Source: Anaerolineae bacterium (GTDB lineage: Bacteria; Chloroflexota; Anaerolineae; 4572-78; NAK82). Taken from it: a stretch of DNA of 64,000 bases. Positions 10,798 through 19,909 of this stretch are shown in pieces. Under the pieces are notes generated by a model that was not told the origin of the DNA, did no database searches, and was given only the letters and a program-made list of their open reading frames with translations. The DNA lies in assembly GCA_034436775.1 (NCBI GenBank), contig DAOTVI010000061.1:125-64124 (forward strand). Reading direction: 5' to 3'. Positions within the stretch are counted from its first letter, which is position 1; each line of letters starts with the position of its first letter. A program made the position numbers and the translations under genes.

Positions 10798-11313
10798 TCA
10801 CTTCTTGCTCTTACGATACTTGTTCAAAATGGCCGGCAACGTGTTGGGCTGTACACGTCCGTAGATGTCCCGATCCACCGTCACCGCGGGCGCCTGACTG
10901 CATGCACCGATGCAGCGGCACACCTCCAATGTAATCTGCCCGTCCGACGTCGTCTGTCCCACTTCGATGCCCAATTCCTCTTGTGCCTTACTGATCAAAG
11001 CGGGCGCACCACCAACATAACACGCTGTCCCCATGCAGAACTTGACAGTATGGCGACCACGCGGGGTGGTGGTGAAGAACGAATAGAACGAGACCACACC
11101 CCGCACGTGGGTCAACGGGATGCGCAACTTCTGGGCGACATAGGCCTGCATCGGGTTCGAGATATACCCGATCTGACTTTGTAACTCGTTGAGCACCACC
11201 ATGACCGCACCAGGCACATGGCGGTTCTCTTCTAGGATCTGGTCGATGAGCGCTCGTTGCTCGGGGACTGCAAGCGGATCATCAGCTGGAATGTTCTGAA
11301 ACGCGTTTGCCAT
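10798..11313 (-). CDS. NuoE/HydC-like thioredoxin-like [2Fe-2S] protein
   Basis: ORF 10798..11349. FCMGTACY...CIGACSQAP four-cysteine NuoE pattern. Start placed at ATG 11313, which has GGAGG 6 nt upstream. Confidence 0.85.
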   Translation of the reverse strand: MANAFQNIPADDPLAVPEQRALIDQILEENRHVPGAVMVVLNELQSQIGYISNPMQAYVAQKLRIPLTHVRGVVSFYSFFTTTPRGRHTVKFCMGTACYVGGAPALISKAQEELGIEVGQTTSDGQITLEVCRCIGACSQAPAVTVDRDIYGRVQPNTLPAILNKYRKSKK

Positions 11314-11349
11314 TACGGCCTCCGTTGTCGGCAAGAGTATCTGCAGCAC

Positions 11350-11367
11350 CTGTGAATTTTATCACGT
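11350..11367. promoter_or_regulatory. Imperfect Rex/CRP-type palindrome upstream of the NuoE-like gene
   Basis: CTGTGAATTTTATCACGT has a TGTGA-N6-TCAC core and lies 37 nt upstream of ATG 11313, in the 105-nt gap after the PHP gene. Confidence 0.3.
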
Positions 11368-11418
11368 TCTCTCTATAAGTCAAATAAGAGATCATACCAG
11401 TAAGACACCAGCCCTCTT

Positions 11419-12231
11419 TTACAGACTTTCCGGCTCGGATACAGGAGGGGCAAGGGTGGAGATATCATCCCCAGCTTCACTCCTGTCAACTCTCCGCAGC
11501 AAAACGGCAGAGCGTCCAGCACGATTCGCCAACGCCAGGCGCAACTCCGCCGTCGTGGGGGCCTCCAGGGTCAGGACCATGGGACCGGTTATCTCATCGA
11601 GTCGATGTGCATCGCCACTTTGTATGAGCGGGATATCGCCAATCTGTGGGAATCGCTGCCTGGCCTGTGTGGGCGTGATGTGTCGGGTGATCTCCAGCGC
11701 AGCAAAGGGAATACCCTCAGGCACAAATCCCAGGTTGGTGATCAAGCTGAACGCTTTGCGGTCAATATGGGCCGGGATCGCCAATCCACCCAGCGCGTTA
11801 ACGCGTACGGCAGCCTCTTCCAGCGTCATGCGTGTGGAAGCAAGCAGCAACCGTGTCTCGCGCCGGACGAACTCACCCACCTCATCTACTACAAACTGCT
11901 CGCCAAACAATTCTGCGTTGTTCTCCAAGTCAGGCAGGTGTGCATCCACCTGCCGCTGCCAATCCGCCAATTGCTCTAAGGTATCAAACAAGCACAGCAT
12001 GTGAACCTCTTCCCGGGTTTGCACTTCCATGCCGGGCAACACGCTCAGCGCACTGCCCTGTGCTGCGCGCATCACGGCCTCCACGTTGGCACTGGCGTTG
12101 TGGTCGGTGATCGCCAGCAGGTTGATTCCGCGTTCCAGCGCGGTGCGCACAATGAGCGGCGGGATCATTTCCACCGCGGCACAGGGCGAGAGCACCGTGT
12201 GCACGTGCAGCTCAGCCACATAGACTTGCAA
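11419..12231 (-). CDS. PHP-domain metal-dependent phosphoesterase
   Basis: 270 aa. N-terminal ELHVHTVLSPCA and ITDHN motifs characteristic of the PHP fold. Confidence 0.75.
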   Translation of the reverse strand: MQVYVAELHVHTVLSPCAAVEMIPPLIVRTALERGINLLAITDHNASANVEAVMRAAQGSALSVLPGMEVQTREEVHMLCLFDTLEQLADWQRQVDAHLPDLENNAELFGEQFVVDEVGEFVRRETRLLLASTRMTLEEAAVRVNALGGLAIPAHIDRKAFSLITNLGFVPEGIPFAALEITRHITPTQARQRFPQIGDIPLIQSGDAHRLDEITGPMVLTLEAPTTAELRLALANRAGRSAVLLRRVDRSEAGDDISTLAPPVSEPESL

Positions 12232-12232
12232 T

Positions 12233-12577
12233 TTAGCGATCGCGCACCCCCATCTCCCACAACTTACCCACCACCCAGAAGGTGGTTTTGTCGGTCAGAA
12301 ACAGGTTCACGCCTTCCTCGTCCGCCTTCTCGATCGTCTCCTGATCGGGGCGCGCGTTCTCGGTGATGATCACAGCGCTAAGCTCGAGCAGTGCGGCCAC
12401 CGCTACAATGTTGCTGTGCGATTGCAGGGTGACCCATATCCCGTGATGACGTGCACCCGCCATCACACAGCTCAAAAGATCTGAAGCATAGCCGCTTCGG
12501 ATCTCCACAGCGCTGAAATCACGCGGTTTGGTCAGGCATGTCAGGTTCAATTGAGCGACAATTTCCTGCAACGTCAT
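12233..12577 (-). CDS. DRTGG-domain protein
   Basis: 114 aa. Size and sequence pattern match the small DRTGG proteins found in hydrogenase regulatory clusters. ATGA start/stop overlap with the upstream CBS-kinase gene. Confidence 0.6.
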   Translation of the reverse strand: MTLQEIVAQLNLTCLTKPRDFSAVEIRSGYASDLLSCVMAGARHHGIWVTLQSHSNIVAVAALLELSAVIITENARPDQETIEKADEEGVNLFLTDKTTFWVVGKLWEMGVRDR

Positions 12578-13617
12578 CGGCTTTCCTGTCCTTCCTCCTT
12601 GCGGTCCTGTAGCGACCCCTTCGGCGAATGCAGATAGATGCGCACTGTCAAATGGGTGCCTTTGCCTGGGGTCGATTCGAGCTGCATGCTATCCGCGCAG
12701 CGTTCGATGTTTTTCAACCCCATGCCGGCGCCGAAGCCCATCTCCCGCACCTCTTCCGGCGCCGTGGAATAACCGGGTGTCATCGCCAGCTGAATATCCG
12801 GGATGCCAGGGCCATCATCAAACGTTTCGATCAAGATGTCGGTCGGCTCAATGCCCACCCGGATGACACCACCGTTGGTAGTGTGGATGATCAAGTTCAT
12901 CTCCGCTTCATACGCCGCAATGCCGCAGCGGCGCGCGACCTGAGGTGAAGCACCCAGACGTAATAACGCGCGCTTGATATGGTGCGACGCCTGCCCACCG
13001 TGGGCGAAGTCACGCGGCTTGATGTAATAACGCAACACCAAGCTGGTGCGGTCCGAGATGATGTCCTCAAACAAGTGGCTGGCGCGATAACGCTTGAGTT
13101 CTTCGAGCTGGATCTCGCGCTGGAGTGCCTTTAGCACCCCACGCGTGATGTCCCCTTTGGTGATGATGCCCACCAGCTGTCCACTCTCATCCAAAACAGG
13201 CAGACGCCCCACACGGGTCTGGGCGAAAGTTTTCAAAGCCTCGATCACCGGGCTCTGTGCCTGTACGGTGATGACTTTGTTTGTCATGTAGTGCTTGAGC
13301 GGGACATCCAGATCACCTCGGACGAGCGCACGGATGAGATCCTCAATGCTGATGATGCCCACCAGCGCACCCCGATCCACCACCGGTGCTCCCGAAATGC
13401 GGGTCTGGCGAAAGAGCTCCAGCACAGTACGCATTGGCACCTCAGGCGTTACCACCTTGGGATCGCGCGTCATCGAGTCGGCAATCTTGAGCTCGTAGAA
13501 GAGCTCCTCGACGCGGGTGATCTGCCCGATGGTCTCGTCGGTGATGCCACGCTCGACCTGCAGACGCGCGTCACCACGTCTTTCTTCTCTCAGTCCCTCA
13601 TCATTACTCTTTGCCAT
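12574..13617 (-). CDS. CBS-pair protein fused to an anti-sigma-factor-type Ser/Thr kinase ATPase domain (HATPase_c_2)
   Basis: 347 aa. Two CBS repeats (PVVDRGALVGIISIEDL and PVLDESGQLVGIITKGDI). C-terminal DDGPGI...GFGAGMGLKN...GKGTHL ATP-binding motifs of the RsbW/SpoIIAB type. Confidence 0.75.
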   Translation of the reverse strand: MAKSNDEGLREERRGDARLQVERGITDETIGQITRVEELFYELKIADSMTRDPKVVTPEVPMRTVLELFRQTRISGAPVVDRGALVGIISIEDLIRALVRGDLDVPLKHYMTNKVITVQAQSPVIEALKTFAQTRVGRLPVLDESGQLVGIITKGDITRGVLKALQREIQLEELKRYRASHLFEDIISDRTSLVLRYYIKPRDFAHGGQASHHIKRALLRLGASPQVARRCGIAAYEAEMNLIIHTTNGGVIRVGIEPTDILIETFDDGPGIPDIQLAMTPGYSTAPEEVREMGFGAGMGLKNIERCADSMQLESTPGKGTHLTVRIYLHSPKGSLQDRKEEGQESR

Positions 13618-13645
13618 TAGTTTATCCCATATACGGCCGGCAAGG

Positions 13646-13663
13646 TTGTGACAAATGTCACAA
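13646..13663. promoter_or_regulatory. Perfect 18-bp palindrome, candidate Rex (or CRP/FNR-family) operator
   Basis: TTGTGACAAATGTCACAA lies 28 nt upstream of the ATG of the CBS-kinase gene. It matches TTGTGAAnnnnTTCACAA at 12 of 14 specified positions and contains the TGTGA-N6-TCACA core. Confidence 0.45.
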
Positions 13664-13707
13664 TCTTGTATCGAAAAGACCCGGTTGGGAATGGGATAAC
13701 GATCAGA

Positions 13708-15639
13708 CTAACGGACAACTTGGACGGTTCCTAAAAATGCCGAAAAGTTATTCGGGCCGGCATTGCCGCCAACGGCCAGTGCCGTGAGTGTATCCGCTTC
13801 GTAGACCACCAGCTCCAACCGATATACGCCTGGGGATATATCAGGAGGAAGCGGCAGTGTATACACATTGAGTGCCTGGTTAAGACGCGCATCCTCGAGA
13901 GGCCAGGCTGCCGTGCGAAAGTGCCGATCGTTCAAGATATCCCGGTCAACCGAGGCACGTACATTCCCATCCGTGTCGTACAGACGCAGCGACGCTCGAT
14001 AGTCTACACCCGTCTGGCGTAACAACGCAAAGTGGAGTGTTGCCCAGGTCGTCCCGCCGGCACGTCCCCAAGCGCCATAGGCTAAGCCATCCACCAGCAC
14101 TGCGTCGCCGAACACGATGTGCAGCGGGTCTAACTCCTCCGGCAGGCTGAAGCGGACATCGCGCGGCAGTTGCCACCAGATCACGTGGTAGCCGCGGAAG
14201 TCCTTATCGCCGATGCGCTGCGCGGCTTTATCCAGCAAGAAGGGTATGACACCGCGCGGGTCGGTATCGCTGCCACGCCAGGTCACCCAGTAGAAATGCT
14301 CGTGGCCGGGCACCTCAGCGTTCAAAGTGGCGGCCGCGGTATGGATGTCCACGAATAGATACCGCAGCGGCGCCACAATACGCTCGGCATAATAGTGAAA
14401 GGGATGAGGCACATCCACATAGACGAGATCACGTGCCGTGACCCGCGCCGCCAGCCATGCGATCACACCGGCGCTGTCGTCCTTGAAGGTGGCTGTATTC
14501 GTGAAATAGCTGACGAGACCCAGCCCCAGCACGACCATCAATGCACCCGCCACGACATAACGCACCACATTTTCTATGAAAGGCCTGAGCGGCCGTGCCG
14601 ACGAGGAAAGAAGCAGAGCAGCTGTTCCCTCTCGCACCGACAATGTCATCCCCGACCACCACGCCGGCAAGGCGAGCGTGACGGCAATCAAATACCGCGG
14701 CTCGAACGAAGCGCGGCGTTGCAACACCAGGAAATAGAAAGCCAACGGAACACAGAGCCAGCCTGCCCAATACGCCCACTGGGATACCCTCATCCCACCG
14801 CGCCACACCCATAGCACCACTGCCGCCAACGTGAGAAACGCCACAATTCCTTCCAGACAGCTCCACGCCGGATAGATGCTCAGACCCACTGTATACGCCC
14901 GCCACGAACGGGTCAGAAATTCATCCCATGAAGGCGGTCGCAGGTTGGGATTGGCATAGGTCGTTGTCTGATGGAGCGCTAAGGGCAACTGGGGCGCGAA
15001 GAGGAGCAACACGGCCAGAGCGGCGAACAGGAAGCGCCATAGGCGCTGGAGTGCGCTCTCTCTGCGCGCGATGACCCAGACCAGCCAGACGAGGCCCTGA
15101 AAAGCGACCATCAAGAGGGCAAAGTAGTGCGTGTACAGACTCGCTGCTGTCGCCAACACGTAGATGCCCCACCAGCGCCAGGATGACCTATAAAACAAGA
15201 TGCGCCACTGGGCATATCCGCTGAGCGCGGTCAGGCATGTAACCAGGGCATACATGCGAATCTCTTGGGCATACGCGACATAAAGCGGGAGTAATGCGGC
15301 GAACATCCCACATCCGACTGCTGCTGCACCCGATAGAGTGTGCGCCAAGCGCATCATCAGAGCTACCGTCAGCGTGCTGAAGAACACGGAAAGATAGCGC
15401 AATGCGTACTCGCGCATACCAGCGATACCCATCCAAAAACGAAGCAGGACAAAGTAGCCGGGGGGATGAACGTCCATGCCGGGCTGGGTGGCAATTTGAG
15501 CGATCGGCGCAGAAGCCATCGCAATGGAATGCCCTTCATCCCACCATAGCGATTGAGCATCCAGCCGGTAGACACGTAATGAAAAAGCGATGAGCAGAAT
15601 AACCAGGGGGAAAATATGGATGACAGTGCGTCTCGGCAT
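13708..15639 (-). CDS. Polytopic membrane glycosyltransferase, GT39/ArnT-PMT-like
   Basis: 643 aa with about 12 predicted TM helices. N-terminal RVYRLDAQSLWWDEGHS motif typical of the dolichyl-phosphate-mannose/ArnT-type family. Large C-terminal soluble domain. Confidence 0.7.
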   Translation of the reverse strand: MPRRTVIHIFPLVILLIAFSLRVYRLDAQSLWWDEGHSIAMASAPIAQIATQPGMDVHPPGYFVLLRFWMGIAGMREYALRYLSVFFSTLTVALMMRLAHTLSGAAAVGCGMFAALLPLYVAYAQEIRMYALVTCLTALSGYAQWRILFYRSSWRWWGIYVLATAASLYTHYFALLMVAFQGLVWLVWVIARRESALQRLWRFLFAALAVLLLFAPQLPLALHQTTTYANPNLRPPSWDEFLTRSWRAYTVGLSIYPAWSCLEGIVAFLTLAAVVLWVWRGGMRVSQWAYWAGWLCVPLAFYFLVLQRRASFEPRYLIAVTLALPAWWSGMTLSVREGTAALLLSSSARPLRPFIENVVRYVVAGALMVVLGLGLVSYFTNTATFKDDSAGVIAWLAARVTARDLVYVDVPHPFHYYAERIVAPLRYLFVDIHTAAATLNAEVPGHEHFYWVTWRGSDTDPRGVIPFLLDKAAQRIGDKDFRGYHVIWWQLPRDVRFSLPEELDPLHIVFGDAVLVDGLAYGAWGRAGGTTWATLHFALLRQTGVDYRASLRLYDTDGNVRASVDRDILNDRHFRTAAWPLEDARLNQALNVYTLPLPPDISPGVYRLELVVYEADTLTALAVGGNAGPNNFSAFLGTVQVVR

Positions 15640-15853
15640 ATAGGACTCCTATCGCGTTTGAGGCGATGCCGCCATAGTATAACACGCGGAGATTCATCCC
15701 GCCAAGGTGCTCACGAACACTTGGCGCGGGATAGCACTTTCGGTTATACTCGACACCGAACGTGTTTTTTGCGCTCGTAGCGGCAACGTCCCTTGTTAGC
15801 CAGGTAGCAGCGAGCAAATCTGCGGAAGAAAGTGTAGACCATCGAAGAACAGA

Positions 15854-17050
15854 ATGGCATCACCCCTTGAGTGTATCAACTGTGGGGCCCGCCTGACAGG
15901 CAAAGAGCATCGCTGTCCGATCTGTGGTGCAGGCGTGGCTCTTGGACGCAGACAGCGTTTCTGCCCGTATTGTGGTGCCCGCGTGGCACAGCGTGCCCAA
16001 ACCTGTCTTATGTGCCATATGCCCCTCGACAACCTCTCCGCGCAAGGAGTACTGCGCGGCATTTCGTGGACGTGGGTCGTGGCAGTCGCATTGTCGGTGG
16101 TGTTGGGTGGTCTTGGCTGGAGCTGGTGGCGTGCCCTAGCGCTTCCCGATGCCCAAGCGCCGGCAGCAGCGGGGCAAAACGCAGTTCCATCAGTGGTGGC
16201 AACGCCCACGCCGTATCACCTGGCAACTCCAACTCCCATTCCCCCTACCCCCACGCCCCAGCTTGCCCTTACACCTGCCACGCCTTCCCCAACCCCTACA
16301 CCGGTCGTGCACGTGGTGAAATCCGGCGAAACGCTGTTGCTCATCGCTGCCTATTATCACGTCGCACTAAAAGACCTAATGCAAGCAAACGGGTTGAACG
16401 AGGAATCCGCGCGCCGGCTGCGTGTCGGGCAGGAGCTGATCATCCCAGGAGCCGTCGGGGTAAGTGGGACGGTGACGAAAGAGGCAACTAAAGTCGTACC
16501 CACTAGGCGCGTCATCCACACCGTGCAGCCGGGAGATACGCTGATCTCGATCGCAATACAATACGATGCCGATCTGGATGCTATCATCGCGGCTAATCCC
16601 GGCATCAATCCCGACCTGATCTACGTCAGCCAGAAGATTGTGGTGCCTCTGTTACCACCCACCTCCACCCCTACACCTACCTTTACGCCCACACCGACGA
16701 GCACCCCTGGCCCACCGTTGAAAGCCCCGATACTCCTTTACCCTGCCGATGGTCAGATATTCGAAGGCGCCGAGACATCTGTCGTGCTGAGCTGGGCGGC
16801 GGTGGAGACACTGAGCAAGGAGCAAATGTACCTGGTTGAGGTCGAGATACCCGGTCAACCGTCAGTCATCCCATATGTCACCCAAGGCACCGCGTGGCGG
16901 CTACCCGCCGAACTGCGACCGAACGTTGGTGAACACACCTGCCTATGGCGCGTCACCATTGTGGAACGACCGTCTGACGCCACAAGCGATCCTAGCAATT
17001 GGCCCCGCCTGAGCCCTCCATCTCCGGTGCGCCGTTTTGAGTGGCGTTAA
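15854..17050 (+). CDS. Zinc-ribbon, single-TM, double-LysM domain protein
   Basis: N-terminal CxxC pairs occur three times (CINCG..CPICG..CPYCG..CLMC). One TM segment, PT-rich linkers, and two LysM repeats (HVVKSGETLLLIAAYY... and HTVQPGDTLISIAIQY...). Confidence 0.7.
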   Translation: MASPLECINCGARLTGKEHRCPICGAGVALGRRQRFCPYCGARVAQRAQTCLMCHMPLDNLSAQGVLRGISWTWVVAVALSVVLGGLGWSWWRALALPDAQAPAAAGQNAVPSVVATPTPYHLATPTPIPPTPTPQLALTPATPSPTPTPVVHVVKSGETLLLIAAYYHVALKDLMQANGLNEESARRLRVGQELIIPGAVGVSGTVTKEATKVVPTRRVIHTVQPGDTLISIAIQYDADLDAIIAANPGINPDLIYVSQKIVVPLLPPTSTPTPTFTPTPTSTPGPPLKAPILLYPADGQIFEGAETSVVLSWAAVETLSKEQMYLVEVEIPGQPSVIPYVTQGTAWRLPAELRPNVGEHTCLWRVTIVERPSDATSDPSNWPRLSPPSPVRRFEWR

Positions 17051-17092
17051 ACCATACTTTCGGTCAAATCTTTTGTTTGAGATGTGTCTTTT

Positions 17093-17120
17093 TTGACTGT
17101 TATCGAACTGATGCTATAAT
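17093..17120 (+). promoter_or_regulatory. Sigma-70-type promoter of rpsF-ssb-rpsR
   Basis: TTGACT (17093-17098), a 16-nt spacer, then TATAAT (17115-17120). Lies 74 nt upstream of the rpsF ATG. The leader contains a CCTGG-N7-CCAGG hairpin. Confidence 0.5.
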
Positions 17121-17193
17121 TTTGCATGCGCATTCACTTTCTGCTCCTGGCACCGGACCAGGGGCAAGCCCAGAGAAAGGAGACGATACAACC

Positions 17194-17481
17194 ATGCGCA
17201 ACTATGAATTGAGTCTCGTCCTTCAGCCCACCCTCGACGAAACTGAGGTCACGCGCCTCATCGAAAAGATAGGCCAACAGCTCAGCGCCGACGGCGGAAA
17301 CGTGACGTCGGTGAACATCTGGGGCAAACGGCCTCTTGCATATCCCATCCGCAAGCAACGAGAGGGTATTTACGTCTTCCTGCAGGCTCAGATCGACCCA
17401 CGCAAGGTTGAGCAGCTGGAGCGCAGCCTCAAGCTGGACGAGAGCGTCTTGCGTCACCTTCTGGTCCGCACAGAAACGTAA
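17194..17481 (+). CDS. rpsF: 30S ribosomal protein S6
   Basis: MRNYELSLVLQP... is a canonical S6 N-terminus. 95 aa. AAAGGAG upstream. Taken from within ORF 17041..17481. Confidence 0.9.
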   Translation: MRNYELSLVLQPTLDETEVTRLIEKIGQQLSADGGNVTSVNIWGKRPLAYPIRKQREGIYVFLQAQIDPRKVEQLERSLKLDESVLRHLLVRTET

Positions 17482-17584
17482 GTGCGAATGCAGAGCATCG
17501 TATAGCTCTATTCTATAAGTAAAGTGGAAAAAACTGTTCAGAATTAAGGATGAGATCGGCACGTAAGTCTGAGGGAGGAGAGAA

Positions 17585-17989
17585 ATGTCACGCGGATTAA
17601 ACAAGGTGATGATCATTGGCAATCTCGGTCGTGATCCTGAAATGCGTTACACACCTGGAGGCAAACCGGTCACCTCTTTCAGTCTTGCCGCGAGCCGCAC
17701 ATGGATTGCCCCTGATGGCGAACGTCGCGAAGAAACCGAGTGGTTCAATGTGGTCACCTGGGGACCGTTGGCAGAGATTTGCCAACAATACCTCACTAAA
17801 GGACAACAGGTATATGTGGAGGGCAGGCTGCAGACGCGCGGTTGGGAGGACGACAACGGGCAGCGTCACTTCCGCACTGAGGTGGTGGCCAACGAGATGA
17901 TCATCCTGGGCAATCGTAGCACGCACGACGATCAGCCTGCGCATAGACATAATGGATACAACGTAAGAATTGAGGAGGCACCTTTTTGA
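17585..17989 (+). CDS. ssb: Single-stranded DNA-binding protein
   Basis: LNKVMIIGNLGRDPEMRYTPGGKPV OB-fold N-terminus. Acidic tail ending in EEAPF. GGGAGGAG upstream. Confidence 0.9.
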   Translation: MSRGLNKVMIIGNLGRDPEMRYTPGGKPVTSFSLAASRTWIAPDGERREETEWFNVVTWGPLAEICQQYLTKGQQVYVEGRLQTRGWEDDNGQRHFRTEVVANEMIILGNRSTHDDQPAHRHNGYNVRIEEAPF

Positions 17990-18047
17990 TCCACCGTGAT
18001 GGGGTGTTGGATGAAGTGTGCCTTTCTCGAAATGAAACCCCAAACAG

Positions 18048-18437
18048 ATGGAGACACCTATGATTGATGACTTTGTCGAAGAACTGGAGGAAGGCGCAGA
18101 AGATCAAATCGAAGAAGTAGAAGGGTTTGAGGCGGAGGAAGCGGCCATTCCAGAAGCTGCAGAGCAACCGGTAGCAGCACCTGGAGCGCGGCCTGGGGCA
18201 CTCGGCTTTCGCCCTCGTCGCCTGGTCTGTGCATTCTGCGTGGATAAGGTGAAAGTGATCGACTATAAGGATGTGAAGCTGTTGGAGGCGTACCTGGACA
18301 ACTACGGCAAGATAAAATCAGGCCGTAAGACCGGGACGTGTGCCAAGCACCAGCGCCGGCTGGCGGTCGCCATCAAACGTGCCCGTCATCTTGCTCTATT
18401 GCCCTTTACGGCTAGCCAATTGGGCTTCGGTGAGTAA
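18048..18437 (+). CDS. rpsR: 30S ribosomal protein S18 with an N-terminal extension of about 55 aa (acidic first half)
   Basis: C-terminal [60 protein letters not shown] is canonical S18. The N-terminal residues 1-55 include a D/E-rich first half. Confidence 0.85.
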   Translation: METPMIDDFVEELEEGAEDQIEEVEGFEAEEAAIPEAAEQPVAAPGARPGALGFRPRRLVCAFCVDKVKVIDYKDVKLLEAYLDNYGKIKSGRKTGTCAKHQRRLAVAIKRARHLALLPFTASQLGFGE

Positions 18438-18613
18438 CGTCAGCTTGTGCGACTAGATCGAGATAGGGCACTTGCGCCAGACCGGTTGACCGATGTCCTG
18501 GGTGCCAGATTGCCTCGTTGCGTGAGGGAGCGGGGTTGTTGTGGAGCGCCTGGGATGTCGGTCACTTTGTTTTGCGTTCGATCCCAAACTCTGTTCCGCT
18601 GCGAGAAGTGGCC

Positions 18614-19903
18614 ATGAAAAAGCAGAAAACGCGCGCCGATAAGAGTCCAACTAGGAAGCAAATTATGCTCAGCGGACGCCAGCGGCAGCAACAAAAACGT
18701 GTATATATCGGCTTGGCTGCTCTGGCAGGACTGGTCTTCCTGATCGTCCTGGTTGCCCTATACGATATGCTGATCGCCCAGCCGGCTCGTTCTGTAGCCA
18801 TCGTGAACGACGTCACCATCCGTCAGGATCAGTATCAGACGCGCTTGCGGTACGAGCGTTTTCTGCTGGACTCTTTGGAGCGCCAAATCGATGCCCAACT
18901 TGCTGCGCTCGATAGGACCAATCCTGAGAGTGACTTCATAACCCAATACCTGGAGCAAGTGCGTGCCCAGCTGACACAACAACGCACGATCCTGCCCCGC
19001 CAGGTTATTGACGATATGATCGAGGAGGAGCTGGCACGCCAGAAGGCCAAGGAAGTGGGTATCTCCGTCAGCGAGGAGGAAATACGCGAAGCGATTCGTG
19101 CGCGTCTCGCCCAGCAGCTGGGGTACCTGACCCCCACCGAAGCGACCGCGATCGCCCAGACAGCGGTGGCTGAAACCGCGACGGCCCAATGGTTCACGCC
19201 GACACCGATTCCCACCGCGACCCTGACCAACACGGCAGCCATCACTGCCACGCCGACGCTGACCTCGACGGAACAAGTGACGCCGGAACCCACCCCCACC
19301 CGTCCCATCATCACCGAAGAAGAATTTAGCCGGGAGTATGCGCGCTATGTTCAAATACTCACTGAACAAGCGCGTGTTTCTGAGACGGACTTACGCCAGT
19401 ACACCGAGGGCCAGCTACTGGTCAACGCATTGCGCAAGTGGTTTGCCGACCAAACACCTAAAGAGGCCGAGCAGGTCCATGTGAGCCATATCCAGGCCGC
19501 CAGCGAGGAACAGGCCAAGCTCGCACTGGCACGTTTGAATCAGGGCGAAGACTTTGCCTTAGTCGCTCAGCAGGTCTCCTCCAACACGGTTACCGCCGAA
19601 AAAGGGGGAGATCTCGGATGGTTTATGAAGGGTGAATTGGCATTGCGCTACAACCCAGAGATCGAGAATGTGGCCTTCTCTCTCGAGCCAGGGCGCTACT
19701 ATACCCAACCGATCACTTCTACCATGGGCTGGCAGATCATCAAGGTGAACGAGCGGGGCATTCATCCGCTCAGTGAAAACCAGCTCTACGCCAAACAAGT
19801 GGAAGCGTACTCTACCTGGTTACAAGAGGCGAAAAAGAACGTGCAAGATTTCTGGCAGTCCAGTATGGCACCGCCAGATCCCAAACTGCAACAGACTCGC
19901 TGA
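18614..19903 (+). CDS. Membrane-anchored parvulin-type peptidyl-prolyl isomerase (SurA/PrsA-like)
   Basis: ORF 18518..19903. Start placed at ATG 18614 (MKKQK...). One TM segment, a SurA-N-like helical region, and a C-terminal parvulin motif GGDLGWF...MGWQIIKV. Confidence 0.8.
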   Translation: MKKQKTRADKSPTRKQIMLSGRQRQQQKRVYIGLAALAGLVFLIVLVALYDMLIAQPARSVAIVNDVTIRQDQYQTRLRYERFLLDSLERQIDAQLAALDRTNPESDFITQYLEQVRAQLTQQRTILPRQVIDDMIEEELARQKAKEVGISVSEEEIREAIRARLAQQLGYLTPTEATAIAQTAVAETATAQWFTPTPIPTATLTNTAAITATPTLTSTEQVTPEPTPTRPIITEEEFSREYARYVQILTEQARVSETDLRQYTEGQLLVNALRKWFADQTPKEAEQVHVSHIQAASEEQAKLALARLNQGEDFALVAQQVSSNTVTAEKGGDLGWFMKGELALRYNPEIENVAFSLEPGRYYTQPITSTMGWQIIKVNERGIHPLSENQLYAKQVEAYSTWLQEAKKNVQDFWQSSMAPPDPKLQQTR

Positions 19904-19909
19904 TTCCTC

